From positions 25,234,001 through 25,298,000 of the forward strand of contig OZ024742.1 of the NCBI GenBank assembly GCA_964016885.1: DNA of 64,000 bases. The letters are read 5' to 3'. The position numbers and the translations under genes were made by a program. Below the pieces are notes generated by a model. That model was not told the origin of the DNA and searched no databases. It saw only the letters and a list, made by a program, of their open reading frames with translations. The stretch is from Eledone cirrhosa (Eukaryota). Positions 10,146-25,100 of the stretch are shown piece by piece; positions within the stretch are counted from its first letter, which is position 1; the number at the start of each line of letters is the position of its first letter.

Positions 10146-13100
10146 TATATATTTTACTAAGATGCAGGCAGCATACAGTCTACACTTCACTCTGAGTGAG
10201 ACACCCCATATTACTTTACTAGAGACATCATACAGACTACACTTCACACTGAGTGAGACACCCCATATTACTTTACTACAGACATCATACAGTCTACCAT
10301 TCACTCTGAGTGAGACACTCCATATTACTTTACTACAGACATAATACAGTCTACCCTACACTCTGAGAGAGACACCCCATATTACTTTACTACAGACATC
10401 ATACAGTCTACACTACACTCTGAGTGAGACACCCCATATTACTTTACTACAGACATCATACAGTCTACACTACACTCTGAGTGAGACACCCCATATTACT
10501 TTACTGCAGACATCATACAGTCTACCCTACACTCTGAGAGAGATACCCCATATTACTTTACTACAGACATCATACAGTCTACCCTACACTCTGAGTGAGA
10601 CACCCCATATTACTTTACTACAGACATCATACAGTCTACCCTACACTCTGAGTGAGACACCCCATATTACTTTACTACAGACATCATACAGGCTACACTA
10701 CACTCTGAGTGAGACACCCCATATTACTTTACTACAGACATCATACAGTCTACCCTACACTCTGAGTGAGACACCCCATATTACTTTACTACAGACATCA
10801 TACAGTCTACCCTACACTCTGAGTGAGACACCGATATTACTTTACTACAGACATCATACAGTCTACACTACAATATGAGTGAGACACCCCATATTACTTT
10901 ACTACAGACACCATACAGTCTACCCTACACTCTGAGGGAGACACCCCATATTACTTTACTACAGACATCATACAGTCTACCCTACACACTGAGTAAGACA
11001 CCCTATATTACTTTACTACAGACATCATACAATCTACCTTACACTCTGAGAGAGACACCCTATATTACTTTACTACAGACATCATACAGTCTACCCTACA
11101 CACTGAGTGAAACACCCCATATTACTTAACTACAGACATCATACAGTCTACCCTACACACTCAGTGAAACTCCTCATATTACTTTATTACAGGCATCATA
11201 CAGTCTACCCTACACTCTGAGTGAGACATCCCATATTACTTTACTACAGACATCATACAGTCTAACCTTCACTCTGAGTGAGACACCCCATATTACTTTA
11301 CTACGGACATCATACATCTACCCTACACTCTGAGTGAGACACCCTATATTACTTTAATACAGACATCATACAACCTACCCTACACTCTGAGAGAGACACC
11401 CCATATTACTTTATTACAGACATCTTCAGTCTACCCTACACTCTGAGTGAGACACCCCATTTTACTTTACTACAGACATCATACAGTATACCCTTCACAC
11501 AGAGTGAGACACCCTATATTACTTTACTACAGACATCATACAGTCTACCCTAAACTCTGAGTGAGACACCCCATATTACTTTACTACAGACATCATACAG
11601 TCTACACTACACACTGAGAGAGACACCCCATATTACTTTACTACAGACATCATACAGTCTACCCTACACTCTGAGTGAGACACCCCATATTACCTTACTA
11701 CAGACATCATACAGTCTACCCTACACTCTGAATGTGACACACCATATCACTTTACTACAGACATCATACAGTCTACCCTACACTCTGAGTGAGACACCCC
11801 ATATTACTTTACTACAGACATCATACTGTCTATCCTACACTCTGAGTGAGATACCCCATATTACCTTACTACAGACATCAGACAGTTCTACCCTACACTC
11901 TGAGTGAGACACCCATATTACTTTACTACAGACATCATACAGTCTACCCTACACTCTGAGAGAGACACCCCATATTACTTTACTACAGACATCATACAGT
12001 CTACCCTACACTCTGAGTGAAACACCCCATATTACTTTACTACAGACATCATACAGTCTACCCTATACACCGAGTGAGACACCCTATATTACTTTACTAC
12101 AGACATTATATACTCTACCCTACACTCTGAGTGAGACACCCTATATTACTTTACTACATACATCATACAGTCTACCCTACACTCTGAGTGAAACACCCCA
12201 TTTTACTTTACTACAGACATCATACAGTCTACCCTATACACCGAGTGAGACACCCTATATTAATTTACTACAGACATTATACAGGCTACCCTACACTCTG
12301 AGTGAGACACCCTATATTACTTTACTACAGACATCATACAGTCTACCACACACTCTGAATGAGACAACCCATATTACATTACTACAGACATCATACACTC
12401 TACCCTACACTCTGAGAGAGACCCCCATATTACCTTACTACAGACATCATACAGTCTACCCTACACTCTGAGTGAGACACCGCATGTTACTTTACTACAG
12501 ACATCATACAGAATATCCTTCACTCTGAGAGAGACACCCCATATTACTTTACTACAGACATCATACAGTCTATCCTATACACTGAGTGAGACACCATATA
12601 TTACTTTACTACAAACATTATATAGTCTACCCTACACTCTGAGTGAGACACCCTATATTACTTTACTACAGACATCATACAGTCTACCCTACTCTATGAG
12701 TGAGACAACCCATATTACTTTACTACAGTCATCATACAGTCTACCCTACACTCTGAGTGAGACAACCCATATTACTTTACTACAGACATCTTACAGTCTA
12801 CCCTACACTCTGAGTGAGACACCGCATATTACTTTACTACAGACATCATACAGTCTACCCTACACTCTGAGTGAGACACCCCATATTACTTTACTACAGA
12901 CATCATACAGAATACCCTACACTCTGAGTGACACACCCCATATTACTTTACTACAGACATCATACAGTCTACCCTACACTCTGAGTGAGACACCCCATAT
13001 TACTTTACTACAGACATCATACTGTCTATCCTACACTCTGAGTGAGATACCCCATATTACCTTACTACAGACATCAGACAGTTCTACCCTACACTCTGAG

Positions 13101-16100
13101 TGAGACACCCATATTACTTTACTACAGACATCATACAGTCTACCCTACACTCTGAGAGAGACACCCCATATTACTTTACTACAGACATCATACAGTCTAC
13201 CCTACACTCTGAGCGAAACACCCCATATTACTTTACTACAGACATCATACAGTCTACCCTATACACCGAGTGAGACACCCTATATTACTTTACTACAGAC
13301 ATTATACACTCTACCCTACACTCTGAGTGAGACACCCTATATTACTTTACTACATACATCATACAGTCTACCCTACACTCTGAGTGAAACACCCCATTTT
13401 ACTTTACTACAGACATCATACAGTCTACCCTATACACCGAGTGAGACACCCTATATTAATTTACTACAGACATTATACAGGCTACCCTACACTCTGAGTG
13501 AGAGACCCTATATTACTTTACTACAGACATCATACAGTCTACCACACACTCTGAATGAGACAACCCATATTACATTACTACAGACATCATACACTCTACC
13601 CTACACTCTGAGAGAGACCCCCCCTATTACCTTACTACAGACATCATACAGTCTACCCTACACTCTGAGTGAGACACCGCATGTTAATTTACTACAGACA
13701 TCATACAGAATATCCTTCACTCTGAGAGAGACACCCCTTATTACTTTACTACAGACATCATACAGTCTATCCTATACACTGAGTGAGACACCATATATTA
13801 CTTTACTACAGACATTATACAGTCTACCCTACACTCTGAGTGAGACACCCTATATTACTTTACTACAGACATCATACAGTCTACCCTACTCTATGAGTGA
13901 GACAACCCATATTACTTTACTACAGTCATCATACAGTCTACCCTACACTCTGAGTCAGACAACCCATATTACTTTACTACAGACATCATACTGTCTACCC
14001 TACACTCTGAGTGAGATACCCCATATTACCTTACTACAGACATCAGACAGTTCTACCCTACACTCTGAGTGAGACACCCATATTACTTTACTACAGACAT
14101 CATACAGTCTACCCTACACTTCGAGTGAGGCACTCCATATTACTTTACTACATACATCATACAGTCTACCCTACACTCTGAGAGAGACACCCCATATTAC
14201 TTTACTACAGACATCAAACAGTCTACCCTACACTCTGAGTGAAAGACCCCATATTACTTTACTACAGACATCATACATTCTACCCTACACTCTGAGTGAA
14301 ACACCCCATATTACTTTACTACAGACATCATACAGTCTATCCTATACACCGAGTGAGACACCCTATATTACTTTACTACAGACATTATACACTCTACCCT
14401 ACACTCTGAGTGAGACACCCTATATTACTTTACTACAAACATCATACAGTCTACCCTACACTCTGAGAGAGGCACTCTATATTACTATACTACAAACATC
14501 ATACAGTCTACCCTAAACTCTGAGTGAAACACCCCATATTACTTTACTACAGACATCATACAGTCTACCCTACACTCTGAGTGAGACACCCCATATTACT
14601 TTACTACAGACATCATACAGAATACCCTACACTCTGAGTGAGACACCCCATATTACTTTACTACAGACATCATACAGAATACCCTACACTCTGAGTGAGA
14701 CACCCCATATTACTTTACTACAGACATCATACAGTCTACCCTACACACTGAGTGAGACCCCCCTTATTACATTACTACAGACATCATACAGTCTAACCTT
14801 CACTCTGAGTGAGACACCCCATATTACTTTACTACGGACATCATACATCTACCCTACACTCTGAGTGAGACACCCTATATTACTTTAATACAGACATCAT
14901 ACAACCTACCCTACACTCTGAGAGAGACACCCCATATTACTTTATTACAGACATCTTCAGTCTACCCTACACTCTGAGTGAGACACCCCATTTTACTTTA
15001 CTACAGACATCATACAGTATACCCTTCACACAGAGTGAGACACCCTATATTACTTTACTACAGACATCATACAGTCTACCCTAAACTCTGAGTGAGACAC
15101 CCCATATTACTTTACTACAGACATCATACAGTCTACACTACACACTGAGAGAGACACCCCATATTACTTTACTACAGACATCATACAGTCTACCCTACAC
15201 TCTGAGTGAGACACCCCATATTACCTTACTACAGACATCATACAGTCTACCCTACACTCTGAATGTGACACACCATATCACTTTACTACAGACATCATAC
15301 AGTCTACCCTACACTCTGAGTGAGACACCCCATATTACTTTACTACAGACATCATACTGTCTATCCTACACTCTGAGTGAGATACCCCATATTACCTTAC
15401 TACAGACATCAGACAGTTCTACCCTACACTCTGAGTGAGACACCCATATTACTTTACTACAGACATCATACAGTCTACCCTACACTCTGAGAGAGACACC
15501 CCATATTACTTTACTACAGACATCATACAGTCTACCCTACACTCTGAGTGAAACACCCCATATTACTTTACTACAGACATCATACAGTCTACCCTATACA
15601 CCGAGTGAGACACCCTATATTACTTTACTACAGACATTATATACTCTACCCTACATTCTGAGTGAGACACCCTATATTACTTTACTACATACATCATACA
15701 GTCTACCCTACACTCTGAGTGAAACACCCCATTTTACTTTACTACAGACATCATACAGTCTACCCTATACACCGAGTGAGACACCCTATATTAATTTACT
15801 ACAGACATTATACAGGCTACCCTACACTCTGAGTGAGACACCCTATATTACTTTACTACAGACATCATACAGTCTACCACACACTCTGAATGAGACAACC
15901 CATATTACATTACTACAGACATCATACACTCTACCCTACACTCTGAGAGAGACCCCCATATTACCTTACTACAGACATCATACAGTCTACCCTACACTCT
16001 GAGTGAGACACCGCATGTTACTTTACTACAGACATCATACAGAATATCCTTCACTCTGAGAGAGACACCCCATATTACTTTACTACAGACATCATACAGT

Positions 16101-19100
16101 CTATCCTATACACTGAGTGAGACACCATATATTACTTTACTACAAACATTATATAGTCTACCCTACACTCTGAGTGAGACCCCCTATATTACTTTACTAC
16201 AGACATCATACAGTCTACCCTACTCTATGAGTGAGACAACCCATATTACTTTACTACAGTCATCATACAGTCTACCCTACACTCTGAGTGAGACAACCCA
16301 TATTACTTTACTACAGACATCTTACAGTCTACCCTACACTCTGAGTGAGACACCGCATATTACTTTACTACAGACATCATACAGTCTACCCTACACTCTG
16401 AGTGAGACACCCCATATTACTTTACTACAGACATCATACAGAATACCCTACACTCTGAGTGACACACCCCATATTACTTTACTACAGACATCATACAGTC
16501 TACCCTACACTCTGAGTGAGACACCCCATATTACTTTACTACAGACATCATACTGTCTATCCTACACTCTGAGTGAGATACCCCATATTACCTTACTACA
16601 GACATCAGACAGTTCTACCCTACACTCTGAGTGAGACACCCATATTACTTTACTACAGACATCATACAGTCTACCCTACACTCTGAGAGAGACACCCCAT
16701 ATTACTTTACTACAGACATCATACAGTCTACCCTACACTCTGAGCGAAACACCCCATATTACTTTACTACAGACATCATACAGTCTACCCTATACACCGA
16801 GTGAGACACCCTATATTACTTTACTACAGACATTATACACTCTACCCTACACTCTGAGTGAGACACCCTATATTACTTTACTACATACATCATACAGTCT
16901 ACCCTACACTCTGAGTGAAACACCCCATTTTACTTTACTACAGACATCATACAGTCTACCCTATACACCGAGTGAGACACCCTATATTAATTTACTACAG
17001 ACATTATACAGGCTACCCTACACTCTGAGTGAGAGACCCTATATTACTTTACTACAGACATCATACAGTCTACCACACACTCTGAATGAGACAACCCATA
17101 TTACATTACTACAGACATCATACACTCTACCCTACACTCTGAGAGAGACCCCCCATATTACCTTACTACAGACATCATACAGTCTACCCTACACTCTGAG
17201 TGAGACACCGCATGTTAATTTACTACAGACATCATACAGAATATCCTTCACTCTGAGAGAGACACCCCTTATTACTTTACTACAGACATCATACAGTCTA
17301 TCCTATACACTGAGTGAGACACCATATATTACTTTACTACAGACATTATACAGTCTACCCTACACTCTGAGTGAGACACCCTATATTACTTTACTACAGA
17401 CATCATACAGTCTACCCTACTCTATGAGTGAGACAACCCATATTACTTTACTACAGTCATCATACAGTCTACCCTACACTCTGAGTCAGACAACCCATAT
17501 TACTTTACTACAGACATCATACTGTCTACCCTACACTCTGAGTGAGATACCCCATATTACCTTACTACAGACATCAGACAGTTCTACCCTACACTCTGAG
17601 TGAGACACCCATATTACTTTACTACAGACATCATACAGTCTACCCTACACTTCGAGTGAGGCACTCCATATTACTTTACTACATACATCATACAGTCTAC
17701 CCTACACTCTGAGAGAGACACCCCATATTACTTTACTACAGACATCAAACAGTCTACCCTACACTCTGAGTGAAAGACCCCATATTACTTTACTACAGAC
17801 ATCATACATTCTACCCTACACTCTGAGTGAAACACCCCATATTACTTTACTACAGACATCATACAGTCTATCCTATACACCGAGTGAGACACCCTATATT
17901 ACTTTACTACAGACATTATACACTCTACCCTACACTCTGAGTGAGACACCCTATATTACTTTACTACAAACATCATACAGTCTACCCTACACTCTGAGAG
18001 AGGCACTCTATATTACTATACTACAAACATCATACAGTCTACCCTAAACTCTGAGTGAAACACCCCATATTACTTTACTACAGACATCATACAGTCTACC
18101 CTACACTCTGAGTGAGACACCCCATATTACTTTACTACAGACATCATACAGAATACCCTACACTCTGAGTGAGACACCCCATATTACTTTACTACAGACA
18201 TCATACAGAATACCCTACACTCTGAGTGAGACACCCCATATTACTTTACTACAGACATCATACAGTCTACCCTACACACTGAGTGAGACCCCCCTTATTA
18301 CATTACTACAGACATCATACAGTCTACCCTACACTCTGAGTGAGACACCCCATATTACTTTACTACAGACATCATACAGTCTACCCTACACTCTGAGTGA
18401 AAGACCCCGTATTACTTTACTACAGACATCATACAGTCTACTCTACACTCTGAGTGAGACACCCCATATTACTTTACTACAGTCATCATACAGTCTACCC
18501 TACACTCTGAGTCAGACAACCCATATTACTTTACTACAGACATCATACAGTCTACCCTACACTCTGAGTGAGACACCCCATATTACTTTACTACAGACAT
18601 CTTACAGTCTACACTACACTGTGAATGAGACACCGCATATTACTTTACTACAGACATCATGCAGTCTACCCTACACTCTGAGTGAGACACCCCATATTAC
18701 TTTACTACAGACATCATACAGAATACCCTACACTCTGAGTGACACACCCCATATTATTTTACTACAGACATCATACACTCTACCCTACACTCTGAGAGAG
18801 ACCCCCATATTACCTTACTACAGACATCATACAGTCTACCCTACACTCTGAGTGAGACACCGCATGTTACTTTACTACAGACATCATACAGAATATCCTT
18901 CACTCTGAGAGAGACACCCCATATTACTTTACTACAGACATCATACAGTCTATCCTATACACTGAGTGAGACACCATATATTACTTTACTACAAACATTA
19001 TATAGTCTACCCTACACTCTGAGTGAGACACCCTATATTACTTTACTACAGACATCATACAGTCTACCCTACTCTATGAGTGAGACAACCCATATTACTT

Positions 19101-22100
19101 TACTACAGTCATCATACATTCTACCCTACACTCTGAGTGAGACAACCCATATTACTTTACTACAGACATCATACAGTCTACCCTACACTCTGAGTGAGAC
19201 ACCCCATATTACTTTACTACAGACATCTTACAGTCTACCCTACACTCTGAGTGAGACACCGCATATTACTTTACTACAGACATCATACAGTCTACCCTAC
19301 ACTCTGAGTGAGACACCCCATATTACTTTACTACAGACATCATACAGAATACCCTACACTCTGAGTGACACACCCCATATTACTTTACTACAGACATCAT
19401 ACAGTCTACCCTACACTCTGAGTGAGACACCCCATATTACTTTACTACAGACATCATACTCTCTATCCTACACTCTGAGTGAGATACCCCATATTACCTT
19501 ACTACAGACATCAGACAGTTCTACCCTACACTCTGAGTGAGACACCCATATTACTTTACTACAGACATCATACAGTCTACCCTACACTCTGAGAGAGACA
19601 CCCCATATTACTTTACTACAGACATCATACAGTCTACCCTACACTCTGAGCGAAACACCCCATATTACTTTACTACAGACATCATACAGTCTACCCTATA
19701 CACCGAGTGAGACACCCTATATTAATTTACTACAGACATTATACAGGCTACCCTACACTCTGAGTGAGAGACCCTATATTACTTTACTACAGACATCATA
19801 CAGTCTACCACACACTCTGAATGAGACAACCCATATTACATTACTACAGACAACATACACTCTACCCTACACTCTGAGAGAGACCCCCCATATTACCTTA
19901 CTACAGACATCATACAGTCTATCCTACACTCTGAGTGAGACACCGCATGTTAATTTACTACAGACATCATACAGAATATCCTTCACTCTGAGAGAGACAC
20001 CCCATATTACTTTACTACAGACATCATACAGTCTATCCTATACACTGAGTGAGACACCATATATTACTTTACTACAGACATTATACAGTCTACCCTACAC
20101 TCTGAGTGAGACACCCTATATTACTTTACTACAGACATCATACAGTCTACCCTACTCTATGAGTGAGACAACCCATATTACTTTACTACAGTCATCATAC
20201 AGTCTACCCTACACTCTGAGTCAGACAACCCATATTACTTTACTACAGACATCATACAGTCTACCCTACACTCTGAGTGAGACACCCCATATTACTTTAC
20301 TACAGACATCTTACAGTCTACACTACACTGTGAGTGAGACACCGCATATTACTTTACTACAGACATCATACAGTCTACCCTACACTCTGAGTGAGACACC
20401 CCATATTACTTTACTACAGAGATCATACAGAATACCCTACACTCTGAGTGACACACCCCATATTACTTTACTACAGACATCATACACTCTACCCTACACT
20501 CTGAGAGAGACACCCCATATTACCTTACTACAGAAGTAATACAGTCTACCCTACACACTGAGTGAGACACCCCTTATTACTTTACTACAGACATCATACT
20601 GTCTACCCTACACTCTGAGTGAGATACCCCATATTACCTTACTACAGACATCAGACAGTTCTACCCTACACTCTGAGTGAGACACCCATATTACTTTACT
20701 ACAGACATCATACAGTCTACCCTACACTTCGAGTGAGGCACTCCATATTACTTTACTACATACATCATACAGTCTACCCTACACTCTGAGAGAGACACCC
20801 CATCTTACTTTACTACAGACATCAAACAGTCTACCCTACACTCTGAGTGAAAGACCCCATATTACTTTACTACAGACATCATACATTCTACCCTACACTC
20901 TGAGTGAGACACCCCATATTACTTTACTACAGACATCATACAGTCTATCCTATACACCGAGTGAGACACCCTATATTACTTTACTACAGACATTATACAC
21001 TCTACCCTACACTCTGAGTGAGACACCCTATATTACTTTACTACAAACATCATACAGTCTACCCTACACTCTGAGAGAGGCACTCTATATTACTATACTA
21101 CAAACATCATACAGTCTACCCTAAACTCTGAGTGAAACACCCCATATTACTTTACTACAGACATCATACAGTCTACCCTACACTCTGAGTGAGACACCCC
21201 ATATTACTTTACTACAGACATCATACAGAATACCCTACACTCTGAGTGAGACACCCCATATTACTTTACTACAGACATCATACAGAATACCCTACACTCT
21301 GAGTGAGACACCCCATATTACTTTACTACAGACATCATACAGTCTACCCTACACACTGAGTGAGACCCCCCTTATTACATTACTACAGACATCATACAGT
21401 CTACCCTACACTCTGAGTGAGACACCCCATATTACTTTACTACAGACATCATACAGTCTACCCTACACTCTGAGTGAAAGACCCCGTATTACTTTACTAC
21501 AGACATCATACAGTCTACTCTACACTCTGAGTGAGACACCCCATATTACCTTACTACAGACATCATACAGTCTACCCTACACTCTGAGTGAGACACCCTA
21601 TATTACTTTACTACAGACATCACACAGTCTACCCTACACTCTGAGTGAGACACCCTATATTTACTTTACTACAGACATCATACAGTCTACCCCTCACTCT
21701 GAGAGAGAGACCTCATATTACTTTACTACAGGCATCATACGGCCTACCCAACACTCTGAGTGAGACACCCCATATTACTTTACTACAGATATCATACAGA
21801 ATACGCTACACTCTGAGAGAGACACCCCATATTACTTTACTACAGACATCATACAGTCTACCCTACACTCTGAAAGAGGCACCTCATATTACTTTACTAC
21901 AGACATCATACAGTCTACCCCTCACTGTGAGAGAGACACCCCATACTACTCTACTACAGACATAATACGGACTACTCTTCACACTGAGTGAGACACCCCA
22001 TATTACTTAACTACAGACATCATACGGTCTACCCTACACACTGAGTGAGACACCTCATATTACTTTAGTACAGACATCATACACTCTAACCTACACTCTG

Positions 22101-25100
22101 AGAGAGACACCCCATATTACCTTACTACAGACATCATACAGTCTACCCTACACTCTGAGAGAGACACCCCATATTGCTTAACTACAGACATCATACAGTC
22201 TACCCTACACACTGAGTGAGACACACCATATCAGTTTACTACAGACATCATACAGAATACCCTTCACTCTGAGAGAGATACCCCATATTACTTTACTACA
22301 GACATCATACAGTCTACCTTTCACTCTGAGTGAGACACCCTATATTACTTTACTACAGACATCATACAGTCTACCCTACACCCTGAGTGAGACACCCTAT
22401 ATTACTATACTACAGACATCATACAGTCTACTCTACACTCTGAGTGAGACACCCCATATTACTTTAAAACATACATCATACAATCTAACCCTCACTCTGA
22501 GAGAGACACCCCATATTACTTTACTACAGACATCATACAGTCTACCCTACATTCTGAGTGAGACCCCCCATATTACTTTACTACAGACATCATACAGTCT
22601 ACCCTACACTCTGAGTGAGACACCCCATATTACTTTAAATCATACATCATACAATCTAACCCTCACTCTGAGAGAGACACCCCATATTACTTTACTACAG
22701 ACACCATACAGTCTACCCTACATTCTGAGTGAGACACCCCACATTACTTTACTACAGACATCATACAGTCTACCCTACACTCTGAGTGAGACACCCCATA
22801 TTACTTTAAATCATACATCATACAATCTACCCCTCACTCTGAGAGAGACACCCCATATTACTTTACTACAGACATCATACAGTCTACCCTACATTCTGAG
22901 TGAGACACCCCACATTACTTTACTACAGACATCATACAGTCTACCCTACACTCTGAGTGAGACACCCCATATTACGTTAAAACATACATCATACAATCTA
23001 CCCCTCACTCTGAGAGAGACACCCCATATTACTTTACTACAGACATCATACAGTCTACCCTACACTCTGAGAGAGACACCCCTTATTACATTACTACAGA
23101 CATCATACAGTCTACCCCTCACTCTGACAGAGACACCCCATATTACTTTACGACAGACATCATACAGTCTACCCTACATTCTGAGAGAGACACCCCATAT
23201 TACTTTACTACAGACATCATACAGACTACCCTTCACACTGAGTGAGACACCCTATATTACTTTAGTACAGACATCATACAGTCTACCCTTCACTCTGACT
23301 GAGACATCCTATATTACTTTACTACAGACATTTTACAGTCTACCCTACACTATGAGTGAGACACCCCCTATTACTTTACTACAGTCATCATACAGTCTAC
23401 CCTACAATCTGAGTGAGATACCCCATATTACTTTACTACAGACATCATACACTCTACCCTACACTCAGAGAGAGACACCCCATATTACCTTACTATGGAC
23501 ATCATACAGTCTACCCTACACTCTGAGAGAGACACCCCATATTACTTTACTAAACATCATACGGACTTCCCTTCACGTTGAGTGAGACACCCCATATTAC
23601 TTAACTACAGACATCATACCATCTAACCTACACACTAAGTGAGACACCTCATATTACTTTACTACAGGCATCATACAGTCTACCCAACACTCTGAGTGAG
23701 ACACCCCATATTACTTTACTACAGATATCATACATAATACCCTACACTCTGAGAGAGACACCCCATATTACTTTACTACAGACATCATACAGTCTACCCT
23801 ACACTCTAGGAAAGGCACCTCATATTACTTTACTACAGACATCATACAGTCTACCCCTCACTCTGAGAGAGACACCCCATATTACTTTACTACAGACATC
23901 ATACGGACTACTCTTCACACTGAGTGAGACACCCCATATTACTTAACTACAGACATCATACAGTCTACCCAACACTCTGAGAGAGGCACCTCATATTACT
24001 TTACTACAGACATCATACAGTCTACCCGTCACTCTGAGAGAGACACCCCATATTACTTTACTACAGACATCATACAGTCTACCCTACACTCAGAGAGAGG
24101 CACCCCATATTACTTTACTACAGACATCATACAGTCTACCCCTCACTCTGAGAGAGACACCCCATATTACCTTACTACAGACATCATACAGTCTACCCTA
24201 CACTCTGAGAGTGACACCCATATTACTTTACTACAGATATCATTCAGACTATACCTCACACTGAGAGAGACACCCTATATTACTTTACTACAGACAACAT
24301 ACAGTCTACCCTACACCCTGAGTGAGACACCCTATATTACTTTACTACAGACATCATACAATCTACGCTTCACTCTCAGAGAGACACCGCATATTACTTT
24401 ACTACAGACGTCATAGAGTCTACACTACACTCTGAGAGAGACACCCCATGTTACTTTACTACAGACATCATACGAACTACTCTTCACACTGAGTGAGACA
24501 CCCCATATTACTTAACTACAGACATCATACAGTCTACCCTACACACTGAGTGAGACACCTCATATTACTTTACTACAGGCATCATATAGTCTACCCAACA
24601 CTCTGAGTGAGACACCCCATATTACTTTACTACAGACATCATTACAGAATACCCTTCACTCTGAGAGAGACACCCCATATTACTTTACTACAGACATCAT
24701 ACAGTCTACCCTACACTCTGAGAGAGGTACCTCATATTACTTTACTACAGACATCATACAGTCTACCCCTCACTCTGAGAGAGACACCCCATATTAATTT
24801 ACTACAGACATCATACAGTCTATCCTTCACTCTGACTGAGACACCCTATATTGCCTTACTACAGACATCATACAGTCTACCCTACACACTGAGTGAGACA
24901 CCCCATATTACTTTAAAACATACATCATACAATCGACTCCTCACTCTGAGAGAGACACCCCATATTACTTTACTACAGACATCATACAGTCTACACTACA
25001 TTCTGAGTGAGACACCCCATATTACATTAAAACATACATCATACAATCTACCCCTCACTCTGAGAGAGACACCCCTTATTACTTTACTACAGACATCATA

